Below, in pieces: positions 11,201 to 43,845 of a stretch of 64,000 bases of DNA (its first letter is position 1; each line of letters starts with the position of its first letter). A program made the translations under genes and the position numbers. Source of the stretch: Macrostomum lignano (Eukaryota); NCBI GenBank assembly GCA_002269645.1, contig NIVC01001654.1:62001-126000 (forward strand), given 5' to 3'. Below the pieces are notes generated by a model, which made no database searches, was not told the origin of the DNA, and was given only the letters and a program-made list of their open reading frames with translations.

Positions 11201-12786
11201 AAGTGTCCTGCCGAACGGCCCTGTGACACAAAAACCGGACTTTGCACCGGGAAGGCCCGTGAGTCATTTAACGGGGTGTGGCATGTACTTTTATTGCTGT
11301 ACTGTCATCCAGGTTTTTCGTACAAAAACTAGCAGATTTGGGGGGTGGGAGGCGATTCATTGCAATAGTTGTGGTTACTTGTAATTTAGTTACATTTTTG
11401 CTTCGAAACCATGCAAGCATGAAACAAAATTGAACCAATTAAAATATGGAACCAATTGAACCATGGGATGGAACCAATTAAAATATGGAACCAATTGAAC
11501 CATGGGATGGAACCAATTAAAATATGGAACAAATTGAACCATGGGATGGAACCAATTAAAATATGGAACCAATTGAACCATGGGATGGAACCAATTAAAA
11601 AATGGAACCAATTGAACCATGGGATGGAACCAATAAAAAAATGGAACCAATTGAACCATGGGATGGAATCAATTAAAATATGGAACCAATTGAACCATGG
11701 GATGGAATCAATTAAAATATGGAACCAATTGAACCATGGGATGGAACCAATAAAAAAATGGAACCAATTGAACCATGGGATGGAATCAATTAAAATATGG
11801 AACCAATTGAACCATGGAACCAATTGAACCATGGAACCAATTGAACCATGGGATGGAACCAATTAAAATATGGAACCAATTGAACCATGGGATGGAACCA
11901 ATTAAAAAATGGAACCAATTGAACCATGGGATGGAACCAATAAAAAAATGGAACCAATTGAACCATGGGATGGAATCAATTAAAATATGGAACCAATTGA
12001 ACCATGGGATGGAACCAATAAAAAAATGGAACCAATTGAACCATGGGATGGAATCAATTAAAATATGGAACCAATTGAACCATGGAACCAATTGAACCAT
12101 GGAACCAATTGAACCATGGAACCAATTAAACCATGGAACCAATTGAACCATGGAACCAATTGAACCATGGAACCAATTGAACCATGGGATGGAACCAATT
12201 AAAATATGGAACCAATTGAACCATGGAACCAATTGAACCATGGAACCAATTGAACCATGGAACCAATTGAACCATTGAACCAATTGAACCATGGAACCAA
12301 TTGAACCATGGAACCAATTGAACAATTGAAGCAATTGAACCATGGAACCAATTGAACCATGGAACCAATTGAACCATGGAACCAATTGAACCATGGAACC
12401 AATTGAACCATTGAACCAATTGAACCATGGAACCAATTGAACCATGGAACCAATTGAACCATGGAACCAATTGAACCATGGAACCAATTGAACCATTGAA
12501 CCAATTGAACCATGGAACCAATTGAACCATGGAACCAATTGAACCATGGAACCAATTGAACCGTGGAACCAATTGAACCATGGAATCAATTGAAAAAGTA
12601 CTGACAATGCATCCCTACCGATTGACCCCTCGACTTGCAGAGACCAGTTTTCCAGACGGTTCTGTCAACTGCCTGCCGAAAAAAGGCGCCGGTTTAAACT
12701 TGCCAACCAGCTTGACTTGGATTGGTTTGCTGCTTCACGCTGGCTTGATGGCCCTATCGCTCTTCCCAGGAGCATTCCGACTCTGA
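5233..12786 (+). CDS. CAP/SCP-TAPS (GLIPR1/venom-allergen-like) secreted protein with hydrophobic C-terminal anchor signal, 4 exons, about 255 aa (CAP gene 1)
   Basis: Exons 5233-5451, 8976-9286, 11167-11258, 12641-12786; GT-AG junctions with phases 0, 2, 1 give one ORF (768 nt). Signal peptide; VDVHNKLRG; KWSAELE; FEHS; GENIY; WHNE; CGHYTQV; IGCG; VFCVYSHGGNG; hinge YKQGPKCSKCP..C...GLC; tail LTWIGLLLHAGLMALSLFPGAFRL*. The true start Met may be downstream of 5233. Confidence 0.85.
5801..6630. repeat. Compound hexanucleotide microsatellite (GAATAT/GAATGT/GAATAC/GCATGT)n in intron 1 of CAP gene 1
   Basis: Directly visible; explains the HIHI/FTFT/NMNM pseudo-ORFs. Confidence 0.97.
7745..8200. 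repeat. 26-bp tandem minisatellite (TATTCCTCGAGTTCAGTAATCCAATG)n
   Basis: About 17 head-to-tail units with single-base variants and no spacers. Confidence 0.95.
9372..10360 (+). mobile_element. Orphan 5' LTR plus tRNA-Leu primer-binding site of a truncated LTR retrotransposon, in intron 2 of CAP gene 1
   Basis: TGTAG at 9372 ... CTTCA at 10339, then TGGTGGCAGCGGTGGGATTC (10341-10360), complementary to the conserved 3' end of eukaryotic tRNA-Leu(AAG/TAG). Duplicated enhancer-like block containing TGACGTCA (about 9755-9810 and 9830-9880) and TATAAATA near 9897. The left boundary is inferred. Confidence 0.7.
11425..12590. repeat. Tandem array switching from a 39-bp unit (GAACCAATTGAACCATGGGATGGAACCAATTAAAATATG) to a 17-bp unit (GAACCAATTGAACCATG), intron 3 of CAP gene 1
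   Basis: Directly visible; explains the NQLNHGMEPIKIW and WFNWFH pseudo-ORFs. Confidence 0.95.
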
Positions 12787-13489
12787 ATTCTGGCATCACG
12801 AAGGCGTCGATCTTGAAAAAAACTATTTTTTTCGAAATAGTGGCTATTTCATCTGATTTTGCAAACAGTTTTTAACCGGGATAATGCTCCTTTTGTTTAA
12901 AAAAATACAATCATACAACACTTCAAGGATATAAATGTTTTGTTGCCTGATTGGTTACTTGGGGTTGCTTGATCAAAACTTAAACGAAAAAAGTACAGCT
13001 CTAAGCAGGACTAGGGAGGGAGGGTGAATAGGCGGACAGATAGGGCTGGTAATGCACTATATAGTTCGCTCAACTATATTCAGCAAAACTGCTATCCGTT
13101 GAGTAGTTTTATGCAATTAAGTTGACTAGTGTTGTTTTGCTTCACTTAGCTTAGCCATTAATGAAATAATTAAAATTGCATCAAATTTGCGCACGTATGA
13201 CACTAGTATAGCTAATAGCCATCATTTTCTAATAAATATTTTTATGCCAAGACAAAAAATCATAGATGCATTTACATGTATACAATTTGTACATGCCACT
13301 GGGCAGTACCGTAGCAAGTCAAAATGACAGGAGGTAGTGCTGAGTGAAAAAAATTTGTAAAAATTGTACCCAAATTTACTCAACAGAAAGACAAATGTAC
13401 AATGCTGCATTCTAAAAAAGGCACAATTGAAGAAAGCAGACAATTTGAAGAGTTCAAATAGTCAATTTCTGTGCACTGCTGAAGCTGCG

Positions 13490-13625
13490 TACGGCTGTTC
13501 AGTCCAAGGATTGGAAGGGGGGGTCGCCACACACCCTCAATTGCCCAGCTAATGCTGGCATCCATTTTACACCTGGGTGAACTGAAGCAATGCAGAGTTA
13601 AGTGTCTTGCTCAAGGACACGAACT
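13490..13625 (-). mobile_element. tRNA-derived SINE, partial copy
   Basis: Reverse complement of the SINE body (AAGTGTCTTGCTCAAGGACAC; CGCCACACACCCTCAATTGCCCAGCTAATGCTGGC), ending just before the mariner TIR. Confidence 0.6.
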
Positions 13626-13635
13626 GTATGTTTTA

Positions 13636-14988
13636 CTCCGGCTGTCCGGAAAGTCGTGAGAATTTATTTAAAAAACCAGTCAGAACTATCAGAAAACACG
13701 ATAACAGCACTAGTTGGTAATGTAATCTCCCCTTGCGTTGATTACAGCTTGGCAATGGTCAACGAGTCGCTGAACCTCTCTTTTCAAGCAATCTTCGTCA
13801 AGGCCTCTTGCCCATTGCAACGCAGCTTCTCGAGCTTCATTGTGGTCGCTGAACACTCGCCTGGAGAAATCAGTCTTCATCCTACTGAACAAAAAACGGT
13901 CGCACAAATTAAAGTCTGGGCTGTAAGGACTCTGAAACACCAGCTGAACTCCACGGGACTCCATGTACTGCTGCACAGAACGAGCCACGTGAGGTCGCGC
14001 AATTGTCCCACTGCCAAAGAACATCCGACAGATGAATTGACCTTGACCTGAGAGTACGCCATAGGTCTCCGGTGTGCCGAATGAACTCAACTATGCCATT
14101 TGCATCAACAGTTTGCTTTGGGGCTGTGGATTCAATGGAGAAGCGCTTGTTTGGAGTAAAAGCAACCAGAAGCATTGTCTTTGCATTGCCGACTGAGTGC
14201 CTGACAACCTGGGGCCGACGCTCCCCTTGGCCAAGCCAGCACCTGTTGTTTTGCTTTGTGCCAGTGTTGTTCAGGTACACCCACGTCTCATCCTCCACCA
14301 CGTACTTGTCGCAAAAGTTTTCCATGCCCTCGTTGTAAAAAAGCCTGCAAATTTGCTTGGCACAATTGATGCGGGCAGTCTTTTTCTCCTCAGATAGAGC
14401 ATGCGGAACCCAGAAAGCAGAAACGTTTCGAAGGTGCAAATCCTCAGTCAAAATTTCGTGCACTGCTGTTTTTCCAACTTCCAAAAAGTCAGCGAGGTCT
14501 CGGAGACAAACTTTTGGATCCTCTTCAACAAGAGCTCGGCAGGTTTCGATCAGTTCCGCTGTCCTTGTTGACCGTGGCCGGCCAGTCCGAGGAGCTGAGA
14601 CAGGGGGAAATGCTTCGTCACGGAACTTCGAATACCATCTGTAAACCGTTGACTGACCTGGTGCAGCATCTCCATAAAATTTGAGCAGCCCGTCATGGCA
14701 GCTGAGAGCGGAGATTCCAAGACGGTATCTAGCATAGGCATAACCCTGAAAGTCTTCCATTTTGAAGAACTCGCTGTCAAAATTTTCAACCTTGATCACC
14801 GCGTTGCATTTGCTATCGAGCACTTTATGCTGAGCTCGCCCCTGCCCCCAATTTTGCTACTAGAATAACAAGAATTTTCACCAGAGACATATATAAGTCT
14901 ATTATTGAAAATTTCTGTGTGCCACGTCAACAGCTTGCTGCTTTCTTGCTTAATCGACACATTCTCACGACTTTCCGGACAGCCGAAG
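13636..14988 (-). mobile_element. mariner (DD34D) DNA transposon, full length 1353 bp
   Basis: 28-bp TIRs CTCCGGCTGTCCGGAAAGTCGTGAGAAT (13636-13663) and its inverse ending at 14988 (1 mismatch), flanked by TA at 13634-35 and 14989-90; encloses a transposase ORF. Confidence 0.95.
13710..14823 (-). pseudogene. mariner transposase with a single +1 frameshift
   Basis: HTH region with RTGRPRS, WVPHAL, EDETW, then WDN/(extra T at about 14001)/ARPH...SPYSPDFNLCD (34 residues between D2 and D3), C-terminal GDYITN*. Confidence 0.93.
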
Positions 14989-15069
14989 TACTTTGGATGA
15001 CAAATTGAAACTAACATTAAAATTAAAATTAACAATATAATTTTTATCAATAATAAATCAATAATAAAA

Positions 15070-15440
15070 AATACACTACGGAGATAGGAAGATTTCATTT
15101 TTTCAGCACAAAAGTTGCTATGGCTTTTGATAAGAGGCAGATCCAAGTGTTCACCTTTTGATATGCTGTGCCTTTCTTATTGCTTTATCGATATATTCAT
15201 ACAGCTTTTCTTCCAGAAAATTAGGATTTTATGTTAATTTTTTTATTCTACATACATTCGCACGTTTCTTGTGCCAAAAAACCAGTAAAATGGCACAGCT
15301 CGGCTTTTTGGTTTTGAGTCTATTATATCATTCTTAGCTGACTTAATTGTAACAAATATGCGTAGCATAAATGATAAAATAGATACATAAAACCAAAGAT
15401 TAGAGCTGTGCAACGCATTTTTTATGATTTTTAGGTGCTT
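15070..15440. mobile_element. Partial diverged copy of the 3875-4934 MITE-like element, without the LINE insertion
   Basis: Shares GATAGGAAG..GAGGCAGATCC..GATATGCTGTGCCTTTCTTAT and the junction GTGCCAAAAAACCAGTAAAATGGCACAGCTC (15271-15301), which corresponds to the empty LINE site. Confidence 0.65.
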
Positions 15441-16096
15441 TTGAACGAGCTTCATACTTTTTCACCCATGAATTGCGAGGCTCCATGCAGTCCTGAGTGA
15501 TTAAGGGGAGGGCTAAATAATCGCGCGTGACATAAGTGTGTATTTTTTGGCAAGTGTGGAAATAAGCGCGCACAGGCACTAAGGGCACAAAACCACAGTG
15601 ACTTTACCGCGCAGGCAGTTTTTACGACCATCTGGCACAAAGTCAGGAAGCTCTATTTTTTCTATATTTATTTTTTACAGTTAAAATTTTCAGATTCAAA
15701 ATGTTAAAATGTTGCGATTAAAAATGATTCAATATTTCGATTTAAAATGGTAAAATGTTCAGTAGCTAAGAATAGAACCATGTGTTATGGAAGTTTTGAG
15801 GCCGCTTTTGATGGTCTGTCGCTGGCTGCAGCTGATGGGAGAGCTAAATACCAGGGTACGCCTGTGTCTTATTATTCTAACTTCAAGCTGCAGCATTCAG
15901 ATTGATGCGTCTTGAATGCGCGTTTGTGCCAGACTCGTGCATCTAAGATGCATATATTTCTAACATAGACAACTGCATATCTGCCGTCATTCCGCAAGAT
16001 TAAAGTAGTTCAAATATTTGAGACGTGCTGCGCCATAGCTTTACAGATATATAGTTGCTCAACCAAGGTTTAAAGAGTAACTTCAAAATCGCAGTA

Positions 16097-22207
<6,111 letters not shown>

Positions 22208-22869
22208 TCGGCTTGATAAATGACTTTTTTCTGCATAAAAAATTATTTAGCTTAAAAAAAAACAAATATACTCGTCGAAATTTCAAGTTGACTTATTTCC
22301 ATATTTTCAACTGCTGCCTTGAAGCTGATATGCAGCACGAGTTCTTGATGGGCCGAACTCAGTCTGATTTTAAGTCATCCGTGAACTTTCTTACAATATT
22401 GTATTTTAAGCTTAACCTTAAAATATGCCTTTAAGTGACCTTTGTACATCAGTTGTGTGATTTAATAACGAAACTTGATTGCGATGCAAACTAAACGATC
22501 ATATAACCACAGTCGTTGGAAACTTGGAAACTCCGAGATCTTCGACAGCTAGCGGTGGAACGCTAGGCAGGACTAATCACTTTCGCGAGCAATTAATGCT
22601 AGAGAAAAACAGAATTGTTAATTTTTTCAATTTTTTTTTAAAACCACTGCACTTTTGCATGATCTGTGCTTTTGTATAGCAGCAAAGTTGGCAATTTCTA
22701 AAATTTTTACTCAAATTTACGAGCACACCCACAGACAGACAAATCTACAATTCTGCGTTTTAACAAAAGGCGCAGTTAAAGTAAGAAGACCAGTCAATTA
22801 CTAATTCTGTCACCTAGTTTACGGCTGGGTGAAAAATATTATAATGCATTAAAACTGCATTTAAATGCA

Positions 22870-22998
22870 TTGGATTGCTTGAAGCAATGCAGAGTTGAGT
22901 GTCTTGCTCAAGGACACAAATTGTTTCGAGTGGTTTGAGAACCGAACCCCTGGCTTTTCAGTCGTGAGTTCGACGCTCTAACCACTGAACTACAACTC
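22870..22998 (-). mobile_element. tRNA-derived SINE 5' part
   Basis: Minus strand reads GTTGTAGTTCAGTGGTTAGAGCGTCGAACTCACGACTGAAAAGCCAGGGGTTCGGTTC followed by the body TTTGTGTCCTTGAGCAAGACACT. Confidence 0.7.
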
Positions 22999-23418
22999 CA
23001 AAAACTCCACGAGGAATTGAGGAAGAGTGGATGAGGCTTGTATGGATTTGTGCCGTGTGAGCTTCCTTCATAGATGCTTTAATATATGTTCTTAAACCAC
23101 TATAAAGTCACTTTTCAGAAGGTTATTGCCACAGATTTTTAGTTTGTAGGATTTAAAAAACCGCATTCCCGGATATAACATTATAATTATCCCGAATCCT
23201 GTAGAAGATAGAATAGAGTTGCAGTGTGTTTTATATCATGAGGCCCGAAGGGTTTAGGAAAAATACACCCCTTAACTCTCTTAAGCTATATCTCTCATAA
23301 TTTTTTTGCGTTGTGGTGATAAAAATACGCTCGTACAACCATGCAGCAAATTTATTCTACTGACTGAAAAAGCCATAGACTGTAACGTATTTAAACTACT
23401 TTAATTTCGCGGGATGTA

Positions 23419-24052
23419 CACTCAGCAACATTTAAAACGCAACACTCTAACTAGAAGAAAAATCAACTCACTCAGAAGAGTCAAAGCGCATAGTCTATGG
23501 TTCAAATCGAGCTTCAGAAACGCGTGTAGCTTCCTCTCGCAAGTAACAGGGCGATGACTATGGACTGTTTTCAGATAGAGTGATCCAGCTGAGAGAATGG
23601 TTCAACAGATGACAGACGCGGAAAGATGGCGAGCAGTCGGAATGTTGGAAGCAGGTTGTACTCTTCGAACAACAGCTGTTGTACTGCGAAGTTGGTGAAG
23701 CACCGTACCTTTTCTCGCGTGAGCCACGCTTCCAGTGGCTCTGCTCTTCTGTAGCAGACGTAAAACTGTTGAAGGCGACCTCCCGAAGTGGTTCGCAACT
23801 GTTCGAAGAGTACAACCTGCTTCCAACATTCCGACTGCTCGCCATCTTTCCGCGTCTGTCATCTGTTGAACCATTCTCTCAGCTGGATCACTCTATCTGA
23901 AAACAGTCCATAGTCATCGCCCTGTTACTTGCGAGAGGAAGCTACACGCGTTTCTAAAGCTCGATTTGAACCATAGACTATGCGCTTTGACTCTTCTGAG
24001 TGAGTTGATTTTTCTTCTAGTTAGAGTGTTGCGTTTTAAATGTTGCTGAGTG
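23419..24052. mobile_element. Tc1-derived fold-back (palindromic) element, 253-bp arms and 128-bp spacer
   Basis: Arms 23419-23671 and 23800-24052 are reverse complements (1 mismatch seen), flanked by TA at 23417-18 and 24053-54. The minus strand encodes a Tc1-type N-terminal HTH, MTDAERWRAVGMLEAGCTLRTVANHFGRSPSTVLRLLQKSRATGSV. Confidence 0.85.
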
Positions 24053-24891
24053 TATATACTCGTATCTACGAGCTCGTAGATACGCTCGTATGTCTATGGT
24101 AGAGGTAAGTGTAGGGTGTAATATAAATGAGAAAACGTGCGCAAAGAAAGAAAGAAAGGATTGAGTTTCCATTAAGAATTAGGAAAACATGGAAGACCGA
24201 GTGTTAATAAATCCATTAGTGAACTTTTGCGGAAGATTTTCAAATCGGATCACCGACCAGGACTTGGAAGATATTCTAAGTGACGGTCTAGATTTACATG
24301 ATCCGTACTCTGTCCAAAAAAAGTGAGAGCTGCCGAGCTGCTGTGACGTGGATGAACAACTCATCATGGAGAGAACAGGACATCGAATTTTATCTGCACA
24401 CGCGATCCTATAAAAAAACTTCGGATGTCCAAATCGAAACATGGAGTGCAATTTCGGATGGAAAAAGTTTGGAGAATGTCATTCAAAATATGGACCCAGC
24501 CCAGTCGATAAATTTCACTTTCAAGGACTGCACTGTAGCCGTCAACAATTAATTTGGGTATGCATGATACCGATTTCTCTAGGAACGAAATCTATATAAC
24601 TGATGTGCACGCTATAATGTACAAAACTAATTTAGAGATTTTCTATATCTACTTGTTTGCTTGTTTTCTATGGCTAAAGTTGTTCGTTTAACTTGTTTAA
24701 ACTGCAGCAATCCCCTAAAATATCGGAATATTTGTTCTCATAAATCTCGCAAAATAAATATCCATGGCAAGAACGCCCGGCAAATTAAATTTAAAGTGGT
24801 TTAAAATATTTTGGACGTGCTGCGCCATAGCTTTATAGATATAGCTGCTAACCAAAAGTTCAAAGAGCAACCAACTTCAAAACCGCAACAA

Positions 24892-29551
<4,660 letters not shown>

Positions 29552-30259
29552 TCGGCTTGATAAACGACTTTTTTCTGCATAAAAAATCATTTAGTTTTAA
29601 AAAACAAATATACTCGTCGAAATTCAAGTTGACTTATTTCCATATTTTCGCAACATTAACACCAGCTGCTCCGCAAATCCAATTGACTTTTAAAACTGCT
29701 GCCTTGAAGCTGATATGCAGCACGAGTTCCTGATGGGCCGAACTCAGTCTGATTTTAAGTCATCCGTGAACTTTCTTACAATATTGTATTTTAAGCTTAA
29801 CCTTAAAATATGCTTTTAAGTGACCTTTGTACATCAGTTGTGTGATTTAATAACGAAACTTGATTGCGATGCAAACTAAACGATCATATAACCACAGTCG
29901 TTGGAAAATTGGAAACTACGAGATCTTTGACAGCTAGCGGTGGAACGCTAGGCAGGACTAATCACATTCGCGAGCAATTAATGCTAGAGAAAAACTGAAT
30001 TGTTAATTTTTTTCAATTTTTTATTGTTTAAAACCACTGCACTTTTGCATGATCTGTGCTTTTGTATAGCAGCAAAGTTGGCAATTTCTAAAATTTTTAC
30101 TCAAATTTACGAGCGCACCCACAGAGAGACAAATCTACAATTCTGCGTTTTAGCAAAAGGCGCAGGTAACGTAAGAAGACCAGTGATTTACTAATTCTGT
30201 CCCCTAGTTTACAGCTGGGGGAAAAATATTATAATGCATTAAAACTGCATTTAAATGCA

Positions 30260-30388
30260 TTGGATTGGTTGAAGCAATGCAGAGTTGAGTGTCTTGCTCA
30301 AGGACACAAATTGTTTCGAGTGGTTTGAGAACCGAACCCCTGGCTTTTCAGTCGTGAGTTCGACGCTCTAACCACTGAACTACAACTC
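30260..30388 (-). mobile_element. tRNA-derived SINE 5' part (duplicated with the 7.39-kb unit)
   Basis: Near-identical to 22870-22998. Confidence 0.7.
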
Positions 30389-30808
30389 CAAAAACTCCAC
30401 GAGGAATTGAGGAAGAGTGGATGAGGCTTGTATGGATTTGTGCCGTGTGAGCTTCCTTCATAGATGCTTTAATATATGTTCTTAAACCACTATAAAGTCA
30501 CTTTTCAGAAGGTTATTGCCACAGATTTTTAGTTTGTAGGATTTAAAAAACCGCATTCCCGGATATAACATTATAATTATCCCGAATCCTGTAGAAGATA
30601 GAATAGAGTTGCAGTGTGTTTTATATCATGAGGCCCGAAGGGTTTAGGAAAAATACACCCCTTAACTCTCTTAAGCTATATCTCTCATAATTTTTTTGCG
30701 TTGTGGTGATAAAAATACGCTCGTACAACCATGCAGCAAATTTATTCTACTGACTGAAAAAGCCATAGACTGTAACGTATTTAAACTACTTTAATTTCGC
30801 GGGATGTA

Positions 30809-31442
30809 CACTCAGCAACATTTAAAACGCAACACTCTAACTAGAAGAAAAATCAACTCACTCAGAAGAGTCAAAGCGCATAGTCTATGGTTCAAATCGA
30901 GCTTCAGAAACGCGTGTAGCTTCCTCTCGCAAGTAACAGGGCGATGACTATGGACTGTTTTCAGATAGAGTGATCCAGCTGAGAGAATGGTTCAACAGAT
31001 GACAGACGCGGAAAGATGGCGAGCAGTCGGAATGTTGGAAGCAGGTTGTACTCTTCGAACAACAGCTGTTGTACTGCGAAGTTGGTGAAGCACCGTACCT
31101 TTTCTCGCGTGAGCCACGCTTCCAGTGGCTCTGCTCTTCTGTAGCAGACGTAAAACTGTTGAAGGCGACCTCCCGAAGTGGTTCGCAACTGTTCGAAGAG
31201 TACAACCTGCTTCCAACATTCCGACTGCTCGCCATCTTTCCGCGTCTGTCATCTGTTGAACCATTCTCTCAGCTGGATCACTCTATCTGAAAACAGTCCA
31301 TAGTCATCGCCCTGTTACTTGCGAGAGGAAGCTACACGCGTTTCTAAAGCTCGATTTGAACCATAGACTATGCGCTTTGACTCTTCTGAGTGAGTTGATT
31401 TTTCTTCTAGTTAGAGTGTTGCGTTTTAAATGTTGCTGAGTG
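30809..31442. mobile_element. Tc1-derived fold-back element, second copy
   Basis: Matches 23419-24052 at offset +7390; identical ORF translations in the track. Confidence 0.85.
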
Positions 31443-32281
31443 TATATACTCGTATCTACGAGCTCGTAGATACGCTCGTATGTCTATGGTAGAGGTAAGT
31501 GTAGGGTGTAATATAAATGAGAAAACGTGCGCAAAGAAAGAAAGAAAGGATTGAGTTTCCATTAAGAATTAGGAAAACATGGAAGACCGAGTGTTAATAA
31601 ATCCATTAGTGAACTTTTGCGGAAGATTTTCAAATCGGATCACCGACCAGGACTTGGAAGATATTCTAAGTGACGGTCTAGATTTACATGATCCGTACTC
31701 TGTCCAAAAAAAGTGAGAGCTGCCGAGCTGCTGTGACGTGGATGAACAACTCATCATGGAGAGAACAGGACATCGAATTTTATCTGCACACGCGATCCTA
31801 TAAAAAAACTTCGGATGTCCAAATCGAAACATGGAGTGCAATTTCGGATGGAAAAAGTTTGGAGAATGTCATTCAAAATATGGACCCAGCCCAGTCGATA
31901 AATTTCACTTTCAAGGACTGCACTGTAGCCGTCAACAATTAATTTGGGTATGCATGATACCGATTTCTCTAGGAACGAAATCTATATAACTGATGTGCAC
32001 GCTATAATGTACAAAACTAATTTAGAGATTTTCTATATCTACTTGTTTGCTTGTTTTCTATGGCTAAAGTTGTTCGTTTAACTTGTTTAAACTGCAGCAA
32101 TCCCCTAAAATATCGGAATATTTGTTCTCATAAATCTCGCAAAATAAATATCCATGGCAAGAACGCCCGGCAAATTAAATTTAAAGTGGTTTAAAATATT
32201 TTGGACGTGCTGCGCCATAGCTTTATAGATATAGCTGCTAACCAAAAGTTCAAAGAGCAACCAACTTCAAAACCGCAACAA

Positions 32282-42943
<10,662 letters not shown>

Positions 42944-43845
42944 TCGGCTTGATAAACATAACTTGTTTCTGCAGAAACCACGAATTTTGGATTCGATTTG
43001 TGCTCAGAACTGGTTGCTGTTGAATAAAAATATTTTAGTTTGAAAAATATACTCATCCAAATGTCGAATTGTCTTATTTCCATATTTTTGCAACTTTAAA
43101 GCCAGCTGCTCTGCAAATCCAATTGACTTTTACAACTGCATCTCTGAAGCTGATATGCAGCACGAGTTCCTGATGGGCCGAACTCAGTCTGTTTTTAAGT
43201 CATTCTTAAACTGTCTTACAATATTTTACTTTAATCGAAGGACTTAACATAAAAATATGCTTTTTAGTGGTTGAGATGTAAACTAAACGATCCTGTAACC
43301 ACATTCGTTCGGGAAACTTGAAAACTACTATATATCTTCATACGAGTATTAGTTGAAGCAGAAGAAAGGTCTACGTCTACGACTGAAAATTTAGAAGTTA
43401 CTAAAAAGTGACCAAGGTTTATCGGATTTCATATGCTGCTCCCTCTGTATGTTAATTCCTGGACAAATTACTTACAAAAGTACATTTTTGTGCGGTTGCT
43501 CTGATGATTTAGCTTACCGCAAAGGTGAATTTGTTGCGCAGTCAGCTGAGACAAGCGAGTTTTAATCGCGCTTCATTTTAAGTTTGCACAATGGAGAGAC
43601 TGTTCTGTATTTAAATGCTTCATCTGCGGATTTTTTAGAAGGCATTTTAAAGAAAAAAAAAACTCGAGAACGTTGCGCAAAGATCTGCATTTTTTTGAAA
43701 CCGAATTCGTACTCTAAATAAGTTAAGTCCTTGTAAACAACTTATTTAGACTAGATTTATCCAGCTAAACATTTTCATTTTGCTTCCTTCTGGCTGGCTT
43801 TCGCGGTTCTCCAAACGAACACTTAATTTGTAAGTGCAGCAGAGG

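Noticed and set aside
11386-12607. WFNWFH / NQLNHGMEP repeat ORFs
   Set aside because: Artefacts of the 39/17-bp array in CAP gene 1 intron 3.
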